Shown here: positions 35,770 to 53,797 of the stretch, piece after piece
How positions within the stretch are numbered: the first letter of the stretch is position 1
Layout of the letters: every line of letters starts with the position of its first letter
Assembly (NCBI GenBank): GCA_964057225.1
Contig: OZ059896.1
Coordinates: 11,222,001 to 11,286,000 of the forward strand
Direction: 5' to 3'
Source: Auanema rhodensis
Taxonomy: Eukaryota > Animalia > Nematoda
Length of the DNA stretch: 64,000 nt
Notes under the pieces: generated by a model
Database searches by the model: none
Seen by the model: the letters and a program-made list of their open reading frames with translations, nothing else
What the model was told of the DNA's origin: nothing
Program-made: the position numbers and the translations under genes

Positions 35770-36160
35770 ATAATTTTATTCAGAATATATGATCACTACA
35801 CATGCATTAAATAATTATATATAAAGAGTAGTTATTATATGCTGTTTATACTTTTATAATTAATTTTATTATATCCTGCCAAATATATAAAAAATGTCTA
35901 TTTGAATTTGAAACATCGATTACTTTTTCCGGTACCTAATATATTTGATTAGTTCGAAAAATTAAGAAAAGTTGTTGAAACTCAAATCTAAGGAGAACAT
36001 AACGATAATAATCAGGGATGAAAATCACAAGCAACGCGAACTACAGAAGAAAAGGAAGTCTATTTTTTATTTACAAAAGTTAGAATGAGGTGAAAGAATG
36101 TGATGTTGGCAGTCTCTCTCGTTTCTCTGCGTCTCTGGTCACTCGTCACTCTTCCACTTT

Positions 36161-36670
36161 AGATTGTGCTATAAGGATACTGACTGTTTAATGTATGACA
36201 TTGAAACTGAAGATGTCTACAAAGATATGAAAAAAATATCTCTTTTCGAAGAGATTTCGACTTCAGTGATTATCCGGAAGACCATGTACTTCATAGTGAT
36301 GACAATAAGAAAGTTGTCGGAAAATTTAAAGATGAATTGAGTGGAAAAATCATAACTGAATCAGTTGTTCTAAAGCTTAAACAATATGCTTTTAAGACTC
36401 TGGATGGTGAAGAAATCAAAAAGAGTAAAGATGTAAAAAAGAATGTTGTCAAGAATGAAGTCACAGTAGATGATTTTAAAAGTTGTTTGGTTCATAAAAC
36501 TATTGTCAGAATGATGCAGTATTGTACCAGGAGGATCACGTCGTCCAGAATGACCCAATGCTGGGTCACGCCGTCCTGAATGTGCTAAACATTAAATATT
36601 CACACAATCTCAGAATAAAGTTGCTCTGAATAATGACTCTGGTTAACATAAACCTTACATCCTCAAAGAT
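36161..36670 (+). pseudogene. Frameshifted C-terminal relic of a protein-primed DNA polymerase B
   Basis: RLCYKDTDCLMYDIETEDVYKDMK (YxDTDS-like motif), frameshift, FDFSDYPEDHVLHSDDNKKVVGKFKDELSGKIITESVVLKLKQYAF...DFKSCL, and later QNKVALNND. Confidence 0.85.
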
Positions 36671-39600
36671 AGTCATTTGGTAATTGTCATATTAAACCAG
36701 AGGTTCTTTGATTCTTAGAATCTTGAGAATACTGCTTCTGAAGTCATAAGATTCTAATAACTTGAGCAGTAAAAAACAGTAATAACCACAATGATGTATT
36801 CCAAATTTTTGAATTTGGAAAATGACTTTTTTTCAAAAATGACATGTTTTTGTTGAATGTAAACACATTTTTGGAAAAATAAAGCCTGCAAATGGTCAAA
36901 AAGTGTAGAAAACGTCATTTGGGTAAAATGACGGTCCAGCTTCAACCTTTTATATACTACTAATATTTTATTCTAATTTAGATGAATTTAGTAATTTTGA
37001 GCTTTAAGATTTTAATATTATCAATTAAACGAAAATAACCAGCTTTATCTTTATGTTAAAAACCAAATGGCAAAACTAGTGTGTCAATAATAGCTGACGG
37101 TTTTGCTTCTAGTATACTATGTTTGGCTCGTTTGTGTGTTAACGTTTTCCCTCGGGTTTTGAAGCTATGTCTTATTCTTCTATTTCTCACATATTGTGGC
37201 TAAACGTTAGCATTCTAAAACAAAATGTTTCTTATATCAGATATAAAAATGGTAGCTGAATAAACTATTGTAATGTTTTATTTGAGTTATTTGATATTCT
37301 TTCTTTCATTCATACTAATCAAAGCTATATTTTAAAATTTAACGTAGTTTTACTAAGAGTATAACACTAATTTCAGATATTTCTGAAAAAACCAAAAACT
37401 TTTATGGTTTTCAGAAAATGTTATCATTTCTCTTGTTTTGAATAAACCACAATGATAATTTGAATTAAATCTATGAAAACCGTATGCAGTACTTTTGTCC
37501 GGATTTTTGATTTGTAACTTTTTTTGCTATTTAAATCATCATCTAAAAGGCTGTCAAAGAAAATAATTCTATATTCAAACCCGATTTAAATATTCTATAT
37601 TAAAGATTTGGTTGAAGTATTCTTTTTCACTTCCGAGAATGGAGAAAGAAATATTTTACCGGAATCATTTCATTTAAATCTTCTGAAATGATATGGGCTA
37701 TTCTTTCGCGATCAGAAGAGTTGATATCCTCTAGTAATTATAGAGAATGTGCTTTCGCTCGAGATTTATAAACCTCTTTTCCATCTACGTTAATGATAGA
37801 TGTAATAAATATTTCAAATGATTCTATCTTATAAGTGTTAAGCAAAACTATATTTAGTTATATAGTGTATTTCAAATGCTGCCACATATCGAGTTGATCT
37901 TTTCAGTTGCTTAGGCGAAGCATGTATAGTTAGTTGACTTCTTATTCTTCTTTGGCATTATATTTTCTTATTTTTTTATTTTAAGTTTTTATATTTTAAT
38001 TCAATTTCTTAACTTTTTTTTCTATATTCTTTATTTTTTATTTTATTCAAATGTCTTTATTGTTCTTAATCAGCATCATGGATTGGTAATTATTTTAATA
38101 ATTAATAAATTTCTCACCAAATCTAGATATGGGCTAGAAATTGAAAGAAGCTATCGTTTTCTGAGTTTCAAGAAGAATCTAAGAAAAAAACAAAATAATA
38201 TCTGAAATATTTTAATCTATAACCATATTCATCGACTTATTACTTATACAATCATTTTATTTCTATTTGTAAGTTATACCAACAGTTGATGGAACATATA
38301 CGATTTCGCTTAAGTCATTGTTGTTATTCTGAACATGCCTTTAACAATAGTGATAGTTAAGCTCTAAAATGCTCTTTTCTCAATTGCTTTTCACTTCTTT
38401 CATGCCTTCTATTCGTCTTTTCTTGCAAATTTTCTTCGTTATCTCGCTTGTAAGCTGTTTCTGAAAATCTTCACACAGACGAACTTGAGACATGTCAGAA
38501 AGCTTGAAAAAACCTTGGAAAGAAAAACAAGGCCTACTTCGAAGTTAACCAATTTATCTCACCAAAATCAATCAGAGCTTTTCCATTTCACGACATTTAA
38601 GATGAAGTTTTTGAAATTTTAAAGCAGTTTTTATTCTCCCTGTCTTCAGCCATATACTATAAAATCTTTTTATAACGCGTTAGCTCTGGAAAATAGTGAG
38701 AGTTCTTGTAATCATATTCCTTACTTATAGCATCAATTTTCTCGTCTTATTTTCATCTTTATGAAATATTTGAACGATCTCATTTTACGATGGCAGAAAA
38801 ATTAATTTGAGAAGAGAGTTCTAATTTTCTTTCGCCCAACGTATGTTTGTCTAACTAATCGTCAACTCATTGAGAGTCGGATATATAAGAGAGAAATCAA
38901 ACTTATAATTATATTAATTTCATATTTTATAAAAAAAAATATATATATGTACATATGTATAATGATTTTTTCTTTTCATCTATGTATATAGAATATTTGC
39001 AAACTTTTATAAATACAAAGACATTTTTTAAAGTAAAAGTGGTAGTGACATTCTTCTTTTTTCCAGACTCTCATCAGCTTTATTGGGAAAGATAGAGTCA
39101 TATAATTGGAAAAAGAGTGAAGAGACGTGATTGTGAATGGAAAGACTCATCAATAGGTTTGGTATCATGGGAATTGGAAAACCTGAGCATGTACATATCC
39201 AAATAAGTGCTGTTGTCTGCTATAAATAGATTTGGGCCGAAAGAAGACGAGAGAAGAAGAGGAAATTCGTTCTTTTTCAGAGTAAATGTATTTTTTGAAT
39301 ATTGTTATATGAAATATAGAGTAATGCAAAACATGGAAAAGAAATTGTTTCATATTTAATTATATTTTAACTTTTCAATTTTTAACTGTGCTCATTAGTA
39401 TTAGTAACAACAGTTTATGTGTGAGAAGTATTCCCCCCCCCCCTTAGTTTGAGTGGCAAGAGTTTCGTATAACTCTTCTTACTCTTCTTACCAATTGCTT
39501 TCTATTTTGATGTTTCTTTTTTTAAAACTTTTTTAAAAATATTATTATTTTACTTATAATACAATACAGTTTGAATTACATTATAATTTCTTTTATAAAC

Positions 39601-40042
39601 ATCTTATATAACATCATACTCTATCCTTATATTCATCCATGTCTACCAGTAGTTGTAGGTTTTGAATACATTATTCTTCGTCTAAATCGTCCTTTTTTCG
39701 TTTCGTCATTTTTCAATCGAAAATTTTTTCTCACTACCCAATCATCCTGCTTTCCGCCATATTTTGCATGACAACCTTCAGCTACTTCGTCAGAATTGAA
39801 TATATTCAGATTGTTGGCAACGTCTACCCCCTCCCTCTTAAAGCTTGGCGATGACGACAAGTCTTCTTCGTATAATCTGAAAGTTTCGAATAAAGATTTT
39901 GAAGAAATTATAAATTCAAATTGACAAGTGCTAAAGATGAAGAAGATAATATCATTATGTTTTGCATTACTTTAATTTTTAGTTTTTCTTTGATTTTTTG
40001 CAAATTTCTTTCTTCATATCTCCTTTCTTAACTTTAGACACA

Positions 40043-42795
40043 ATGGCTGATTTTGTTGGAATTCTGGCCATTATTGTTTTCTACATTCTGATATTAGTAG
40101 TTGGTGTATGGGCTGGAAGAAAAACAAAAGTAGGTTTCATGTTTAGGGAAAGTAATTAAAATTTTCCTAAGGATGCTAAAGAGCTGGCTGGACAAGAAGG
40201 TGCTCATACAGAAGAAGTGATGTTAGCAGGTCGTAACATTGGCACAGTGGTTGGAATATTTACAATGACGGGTACTATTATTTGTTTGTAAAAAATAATA
40301 TTTTTATTCCAAAAATAATGATTAAAATATATTTTATAAAAAGCTGAAAAATCAAATAGTTGAGGCAGTTATCATATACATTAGCTTAACATTTTTCATT
40401 TTTCTTCCTTCTATTCTTTAATTAGATTCGTTATCAAAATTTAAAATCATTATTTCTTAAGATTGAAAGGAATATATAATACTTCAACTGAGAAGAAAGA
40501 TACGAAAATTATTCAAAAGAAACTTCTAAACAATAATCTTCAATAGTGTATGAATAGTGTTTCAGCTACATGGGTTGGAGGAGCATATATCAATGGAACA
40601 GCTGAAGCATTATACAATGGTGGCTTAGCCGGATGTCAGGCTCCAATAGGCTATGCCATTTCTTTAGTAATGGGTGGATTACTATTTGCGAAAAAAATGA
40701 GAGAAGAAGGATATATCACCATGCTTGACCCATTCCAGGTAAAAAAAAACCTTTAACTTGGCTCATTGGTTAGTTAAAGATAAAATATGGGCAACGTGTT
40801 GGAGGTTTAATGTTTGTACCTGCTTTGTTTGGGGAAGTTTTCTGGAGCGCAGCCATTCTCTCGGCTCTCGGTAATTTCTTTTTCTCGTTTCTCAATTACA
40901 AAGCATTCAAAAAGGAGCCACATTATCTGTAATTCTGCAATGGGATATGAATATATCAGTTATAACCTCAGCTGTAATAGCCGTTTTTTATACATTTACT
41001 GGAGGGTTGTATGCTGTTGCATATACCGACGTAGTTCAACTGTTTTGTATTTTCATTGGACTAGTAGGTTAAAATGCCATCTTCATTGAGCTTGATGTGA
41101 TTTCAGTGGGTTTGTGTTCCCGCGGCTCTTCTCCAAGATGCTACTAAAGATATATCTCGTAATGCAGAAGATTGGATAGGTACTTCGAAGATTTATATAC
41201 AGACTAAACTTCAAAAAAATATAATAGGTTCAATTGGAGGATTTAAGGAGACAATGTTATGGATTGACTGCATGTTACTATTAATATTTGGAGGAATTCC
41301 CTGGCAGGTAACTGATTTTTAACAATAATTCATTGTATTCATTCAGCCATATATTTAAAAATTTTGAATATACATATTATTATATTGCTAAGATTTTTAG
41401 GTATATTTTCAACGCGTGCTATCATCACGAACATCTGAAGGTGCTCAGAGGTTGTCGTTTATAGCTGGGGTGGGATGCTTATTGATGGCTGTACCACCAG
41501 CTTTGATTGGAGCTATAGCGAAAAACACGGGTTATTCTTTCAAAAAGGGCATCCAATCTAATAGTGCCGATATAGATTGGAGAATGACAGATTATTCCCC
41601 TTGGCATAATGGTACAAAAGTTGCTTCAATTCCTCCAGAGCAAACAAACATGGTTGTTCCTCTCGTTTTTCAATATTTGACTCCTAAATGGGTTGCATTT
41701 GTTGGTAAGCTACCTACATATCTTCGAGATGTATCACGTTTGTCCTAACAACGTTTTTTTTCAGGATTAGGAGCGGTTTCAGCCGCTGTGATGTCATCTG
41801 CTGATTCATCTGTACTTTCTGCTGCTTCAATGTTTGCGCACAACATTTGGAAATTGACAATTAGACCTCATGTAAGTGCTTATTCGACTTTTTATATTGC
41901 AAAAACATAAATTTACATATGTATATGTGAAAAAAATCTTATCTAGGCCTCTGAAAAAGAAGTTATACTGGTCATGAGGGTTTCAATTATTTTGGTTGGA
42001 ATTATGGCGACAATAATGGCTTTGACTATTCACAGTATTTATGGACTTTGGTCAGTTATAATCTTATAAAATATTTATAAAAACAAAATGTAATACAGGT
42101 ATCTATGTGCTGATCTTGTATATGTTATACTATTTCCACAATTATTGTGTGTAGTGTACGTGAAGAGTACCAACACATACGGATCACTATCTGGATATGC
42201 AGGTAAAATTTAGAAAAAAAAAACAAAAGATTGAACTCTTAATATACGTATTTATGTTTTTGAAAATATTTAATATTATAAATATATAATTAAACTTATA
42301 TTTGAATATCGCTTATAGTTGGATTGATTTTGCGGCTAAGTGGAGGAGAGCCATTAATTGGCTTACCGGCATTAATTCATTTTCCCATGTATGAAGATGG
42401 AACACAGTATTTCCCATTCCGTACAATGGCTATGCTTTCCACACTCTTAACTTTGCTCTTAGTAAGAAAAAGCATGTAATTATTAATTAATTATATATTA
42501 TAGGTATCTCGCTTTTCTGTATATTTATTTTCAAATGGATATATTTCACCGGAATGGGATATCATGGACTGTGTAGTAAACATAGAAACTGAGAGAATTC
42601 CTTTGCCTTCTGATGTTTCATTCAACGCCTCCAGTGATACACTAGCAATGCACTCTAAGGTTTTTTTTCTCAATAAACATGCATAAATTTTATTTTAAGC
42701 ATATTTTTCAGAATGAAAATGGAGTTCCTTCATTTAAAGAAACAACTTCATTAGCTCCATACTCTCATGACCAAAATTATATGTCAACAAGTTAA
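40043..42795 (+). CDS. cho-1: High-affinity choline transporter (SLC5A7)
   Basis: [103 protein letters not shown]. Confidence 0.97.
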
Positions 42796-44202
42796 ATAAA
42801 CCCCGCAAGATAACCTTAAAATTAAATAATACATAATAAATACTAATATAATATAAAAATATGTTTTTTATTCTTAATAACTTGAGATTATTTTCATATT
42901 TGTCATATTAATATTTTTAATTTTTAAATTCTAGTTTTACCCTCAACAATCTGAATTTAATCATCATTTATCATTATTATTGTCTATTTCTCCGTTTTAT
43001 ATTTAGGTAGTTTGAAAAAAAATGAAGGAAGACGAAGAAATTATAGCTGTGGAAGACGTGTAGATGATGTTACTCTTGAATATTTTATATGGATTTTTAT
43101 TTGATAATAAAGTATATCTATACATATAACAAATAATATTATATAATAATATATTAATGATGGCAGGGCTATCAGGCTTGAAATCAAGATTGTCTAGGTT
43201 ATCAATCATCGAAACCTGAACAATCAAACGGTTTTCTTTTTCAGATTTTTCTTGTTTTGAATATTTATTAAGATTTTCGAAACTTTTATGTAAATGTTAC
43301 TGAATTTCAATTTTGTAAAGCCATGCCAAAATAAATAAAAATCTCAAAGATTTAAATTTTTTCTAAAATAAATAACTTCAAAAACTTGGAGACAATATAA
43401 AGGGTAAAAAATTAAATTATTAATTTTAGTACATTCAATAAGTAAAAGAATTTTCAGTTGAAAACATTAAAAATGCCCAATTCAATAGAGCTAATCTACA
43501 TATGAAACAAAGAAGTTCTGCAATATGCATTAATTATAAAAAGTGTAACAAGGTAACTATATAACCATATGTATATGATATTATTTTTTACGAAAAGCTT
43601 GAATTACATGTCAATCATTGTTTTTGGTACTGTTACATTAAACATCACCAACATAAGAATATCAATGTTACATATAGACTTTCTAATTTGTATGTTTGAA
43701 AACAATTTTTTAAAAGTTCTAATAAACGTCATTTCAGGTCTTTTTCGATATTTTATTTTTGATATCAGTATACAATCTCAATTATTATTGAATGAATATA
43801 AAAACTGCCTTGAACCTCAGAATGGCATTTGAAAGGAAGTTCGCGAAACGACAAAAGAATCAAGTTCTAAAAGCTTTTGCTGTCGGGTTTTCGATTGGTC
43901 AAGTGATGTCAAGAATTTGATTTTTTTCGAAGTTAAATTAATCGGTTATTTCCTAATACGTGTCTAATTGAACATGATAAACTCAAGAAGCGATGAAAAG
44001 CTTAAAGTTATAAACTTTTATAATAATTAATTTTCAAGACTTTCTTGTTTTATTTAAATATAAAACAGAAAGACTAATTTTAAGATATTTCACACAAAAT
44101 GAGAATGAAATACAATTAAAATACTATATTTATAATATTATTTAATACAATAGATGCTTGCACATTTTAGGAATATTAAGGAAACTATTATCATTATACT
44201 AA

Positions 44203-45024
44203 TTATCCATTTTCCGGTAATTGAGCTTGTTGGCAATCAACTGTTGTTATTGGCCTATAAAAGAAAAATAGTTTCAACAAATTAAAAAAAAACATACAAG
44301 GCATATGGTGTACCAGCAAAGTACTGCCAAGTACCATCCACACAGTCAAGTTCAGCATTTACCACGGGATCATGATCTCCTTCTCCTGGTCCACCAACTT
44401 TACCGTTGAACTAGAACAAATGGTTATAATATTTTGTTTGCTAAGTAATATTTACTCTCATTGATGCGTAATATCCAGTTTTGGCCGTACACGTAACCGT
44501 AAGTTTGTCACAATCTTGACTAAAAAAATGAAACAATCAAATGTTAATATTTAGGTTCACAAGAAAAGAAAACGTACACAGCTGTAGGATCCATATTATA
44601 ATCATTTCCAGGATTAGCTAGTTCAACTTGTTCAAGTTTGCACTTACTACAAGCACCTAAAGTACAAATATATAAGATGACGCAGAAAGTGATATCTATT
44701 AGATTAATAGTTTGAGTTTTTTGAAATTTAGTCAACTTTTCAGTATTTTCAGATCGATCAAGATATAAATAGTTAAAAGAAAAAATTTACCTTCTGTTGT
44801 TGTTTCTGGTATTGGTGTTGTTACAGGTATTGGTGTTGTTACAGGTATTGGTGTTGTTACTGGTATTGGTGTAGTTACCGGCTTTACCTGAATCGCATAT
44901 TGAGTATTTATTTTGAAAATATTGCCAAAGGTACCGTTGTGGTTTCTGTTCCAGGATCTACAGCCATACATGCTTCATGTCCTTGTACCAGTAATATAAC
45001 TACTACAAACAATGTAGGAAGCAT
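44203..45024 (-). CDS. Secreted nematode C6-domain protein with Thr/Pro-rich stalk
   Basis: Signal peptide MLPTLFVVVILLVQGHEAC, (VTTPIP)x4, then CSKC...DCDKLTVTCTA...FNGKVGGP...AELDCVDGTWQY...ITTVDCQQ (six Cys). Confidence 0.8.
44807..44878 (-). repeat. 18-bp coding tandem repeat x4 (VTTPIP)
   Basis: GGTATTGGTGTTGTTAC[A/T] units read directly. Confidence 0.95.
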
Positions 45025-45046
45025 TCTGAGAAAGACTAACTTAACA

Positions 45047-45086
45047 ACAAATAAACAAATAAACAAATAAACAAATAAACAAATAA
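45047..45086. repeat. (ACAAATAA)5 tandem repeat just upstream of the C6 gene
   Basis: Five perfect 8-bp units. Confidence 0.9.
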
Positions 45087-46337
45087 AGAGCTAAATAATC
45101 TTTGAAGATGCAAAATGTCAGCTAACTGAGTGCGAGCAAATCATCAACAGCAAAGCATAGTGAATGCGACCAAACTGAAATTGTTCTGCTGAATATTCCA
45201 GCGATCCAAAACAAGATGGAAGATATGGAAAAAATGTGTCCGTTCAATTACGATTGTTCAAAAGTCTAAGATTGTGTGAATTACGATATGTATGTATGTA
45301 TGTTCGAGATGATTGTCTTGCGAATATCATAAGATATTTTATTCATCTTCCAAACTTCATCACCTTTTGTCAAACAAGTTTTTTTGTTAATATTCTAAGA
45401 GAGCAAAGATCTATAAAAAGATTTAAACAGTGTCGTTTAGTGCATTTCCGTAACAGTAACTTAAGCAAATCAACCATTATGCGAAACTTTTGCTTTTAAT
45501 CGTTGATACAACTGAAACTAAAGATATAACAATGTTTTTCTTTATTATATACATGGTTACTAAAAAAAAATTACATTGATGAATATATATCTATACGTTT
45601 TTACTTTAATATATCTAAATATTATATAGAAATTACACAATTGTGACAATTATGTTATTGATATCCTTATACGGTTTTTGATCTGTGTTGTTCAGGTTTT
45701 GATCACTGTGATTAAATAGGATGACATATTGCACTTAGGCTATGCTTTACCGAAATCAAGGAAGCAACCTGACCAAATCATGATTCAGTTGAATTCGTAA
45801 GGACAGCTGGTTTGACTGACGGATCGAGAAAACCCACAAGCATATCCGGTTTTCTGATACCCGGGGACCTATCATTGCATATCGCAGTAAATTTATTTAA
45901 GAAATTCAAAAAAAGTTATGATTAAGAGGAAGTTTAATTATTAATCTAAAAAAAACATGTTTCATTGGTCAAGTTTTTATAAAGTGGTGAAAGTTAAAAT
46001 AATTTTGAAGGTGTGCATATCCTTCTCATCGTATAATTGTATTGTTTCATTTAAAGGTATAGCACATTGTATTCGAACACTTATAATTGTGTTTAAATGC
46101 TACTATTTGGACATAAAACGTACAATCAGAAGGTTTTCAGTTTTACGTCAACGTAGAACGCGAACATTTTATCGCCATTATGGCATCTGTCAAAGTCCTC
46201 CAATCGTAAATTGTTTGCATAGCTCCAGCTCAAACCTAGATATCCCCAATCAAATGATTTAACTTGATTCAAGAAGTTTTTCGCTCTTCAACGTTATTAG
46301 TCTCATATTCTACTTGATTATCCGAACACCGCTTAAT

Positions 46338-47541
46338 ATGAATCGTATAAAGGATGCGTTAAAAAGAAAAAAAAGGTTAGTATACATTTTACATATTTAG
46401 TTTAATTTATTCATTCAGAACCTATGATTCTGATTCAATTGGATATATTTCAACTAATTCTGATCATTCCTTTACGCGCTCTCAGTTTATCTTGAGACCT
46501 CATTCAGCATATAGTTCTCTAGCTTCATCGTCGTACACGCCCGTAAGTTTTGTCAACTATTGTTTTGAAAACAAATATGTTCAGTTTGATTATGAACACC
46601 TTCCATGTACATCCTATTCATCGAGCATTTTAAGTAAAGAAGGTTCTATTTATGATTCGGTTAGTAGTTCGAAATTGAAATTTTTTAAAAAAGTTTATAG
46701 CAATATGTGATGTGTTCTACACTGGATGAGTTTAGTATTTCAAGTGATTCAAATCAAAATTCAACTTATATGTTTACCAAAGATTCAGATAGCGAAGAAT
46801 CGGTATTTTTAAATTTTTAAATTACAATTTATATAATACATTTAAGATATATGCAACTTCGACAATAGATATGAGCACTACAATATCTGATGATTATGAC
46901 CTAGAAGATCTTTTTGAAGATCTTATTATAGATTCTTCTCATTACCATCCAAGGTTAGTTTGCTAGCTCTTCAGCACAGAAGAAAGTCGTTAAGCACATC
47001 GACGGAAAACAATACTCTGAAAAGAAAGCGATTACTCATCAAGGAACCAGATGATTCGAGCAAAATATATTTCTCGGAACAAATGTCAGGAAGAAAAAAT
47101 GTTCTTCCGTTTAGTGGGTCGATTCCAAGGTACATAATTACAAAAAAAATGTAAAACAGGTTTCATTCAGATCGATTTTGAAAAAAAAACCATCATTAAC
47201 CCATTCCCATATATATGAAGAAATTGAGAATGATTATTTATCTCCAGAACCTGAGGATGTAAGGCCTGTGGTAAGCGAATGTTTCGACAACATAATATTC
47301 ATCTTAAATTTTGGGTTACAGCCTCCCGAAAGACCAGCCGTTTTACCATTCCGAATATTCCCACCATGTAAAACATTTCAACCTCGAAGACTGCAGCCAA
47401 GGTATGCAACTAATAAGTTTGTTCAAGAGCTACTTATTCAGATCGGCATCAACAAGAAAACGAGCTAACCCTGTTCCAGAAGTTAAAAGAGCTTCATCGT
47501 TTAGTTTTGGATTTTTTACATTAAGTATAAGAAAAAACTAA
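46338..47541 (+). CDS. Unidentified Ser-rich, probably disordered protein with Tyr motifs
   Basis: Eight exons join in frame through GT-AG introns: MNRIKDALKRKKR|TYDSDSIGY...IYDS|...|IYAT...HIYEEIENDYLSP...|PPERP...SFSFGFFTLSIRKN*. Confidence 0.7.
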
Positions 47542-47630
47542 ATAAATGCTTTACTCATAAACATATATACAATCTCTCTTAATTTGAATCTGTTACTAAT
47601 ATATCTAATAAGGCAACTTATGGTCAATTT

Positions 47631-48233
47631 TCAATTCCATGCTTTGTCGAAAAGATTATTGAAAATTAAAGAAAGATCCAATCCAACGACTAATCCTACA
47701 TTTCCAGTTGATAAATAACCCAAGGTAGCAAACAAAACGCTTGATCTATCCTGCATTAATTGCGAACGTTGGAACCTAAATTCAAACATCTGTATATACA
47801 ATTCGTTTTTACTTACCTTGCCCGGTAGCATTTATCATATAGCTGAACTGAATTCATATTTCGAAGAGATAAATAAGTGATCGCGGGACCAAGCACAGCT
47901 CCGGCAACTGCGCCATTAACACCTCCATCGACAAAAGACTTTCTAAAAAGATCCGCAAATATAGGAGCAAATATATCTTACTTACGCTAATGATTTAGGA
48001 GTAGCCTCTTCCCTGTTAAACAAAAGCATACTAATAGGTCCCAAAATGGAACCAAGGAAAGCTCCTGTCTGGACAAAAAACTAATTTCAAAAAGGAAAAC
48101 AGAAGACAAGAACTACCTGAACTGTTCTAAATGTTACATGTATACAGAATTCAGTTCCAGGTCTAGGAATCTTCAACAGTTCGAAATCGGATTGTCTAAT
48201 TCCCAAGAAATTTTTCAGCCAATATGTCGACAT
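47631..48233 (-). CDS. DUF1757-like small membrane protein
   Basis: MSTYWLKNFLGIRQSDFELLKIPRPGTEFCIHVTFRTVQ|TGAFLGSILGP...GGVNGAVAGAVLGP...LYDKCYR...RFQRSQLMQDR...DKAWN*. Family name is from memory. Confidence 0.7.
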
Positions 48234-48537
48234 ATCTAATAAAAAAATGATTCAAATATAATGAGACTTCAAAATCGAAAAGTAAACTATGAAAAAACAT
48301 ATAAGAAACAAATTTAGTAAACGCAATTATTCATTGGTTTATGATAATGTAATTTAAAATTAATCAATGCATACAACTCAATTGTAATATTACAGAAAAT
48401 GGTGCACATGCACAAGTACTTTGATTAGTGAATGCTGTTAACTCGAGATAATTAGTGAGTATCGTTTTACCGGCATACCACAAAGCTACAAAGGAATATA
48501 CAAGCTTAAACTATTGGACAAATTCTTTTAAAACATT

Positions 48538-53540
<5,003 letters not shown>

Positions 53541-53797
53541 TGTGCCAAAAAATTATCTACAAAACTTTTCAATGAAATATTGAATTCAAAAACGGAAAAA
53601 ATACACTGAAGATGCAAATTAGAAAACAGGCGGAGAAGCGTCTTTAAACTTTGCAAGGAATGCATAGATGGTGTTAAACAGCGTGCATAAATGGAAAATT
53701 GTAAAACACGTACAAAAAAAACAATTTATTGTCAGATCGTAACAAGAACAAATAACAACGACAACAGTTCAATAAGGAATTAATCGTATCATAGAAA

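Larger units (their letters stand above)
34812..36961. mobile_element. Non-autonomous Maverick/Polinton derivative (2150 bp)
   Basis: Terminal inverted repeats begin AGTAGTATATAAAAGGTTG (19 bp perfect, then imperfect); AATATT flanks both ends (34806-34811, 36962-36967); internal pPolB and protease relics. Confidence 0.88.

Noticed and set aside
45726-45750. TATTGCAC (miR-92/235 seed)
   Set aside because: No complementary 5' arm at the right distance.
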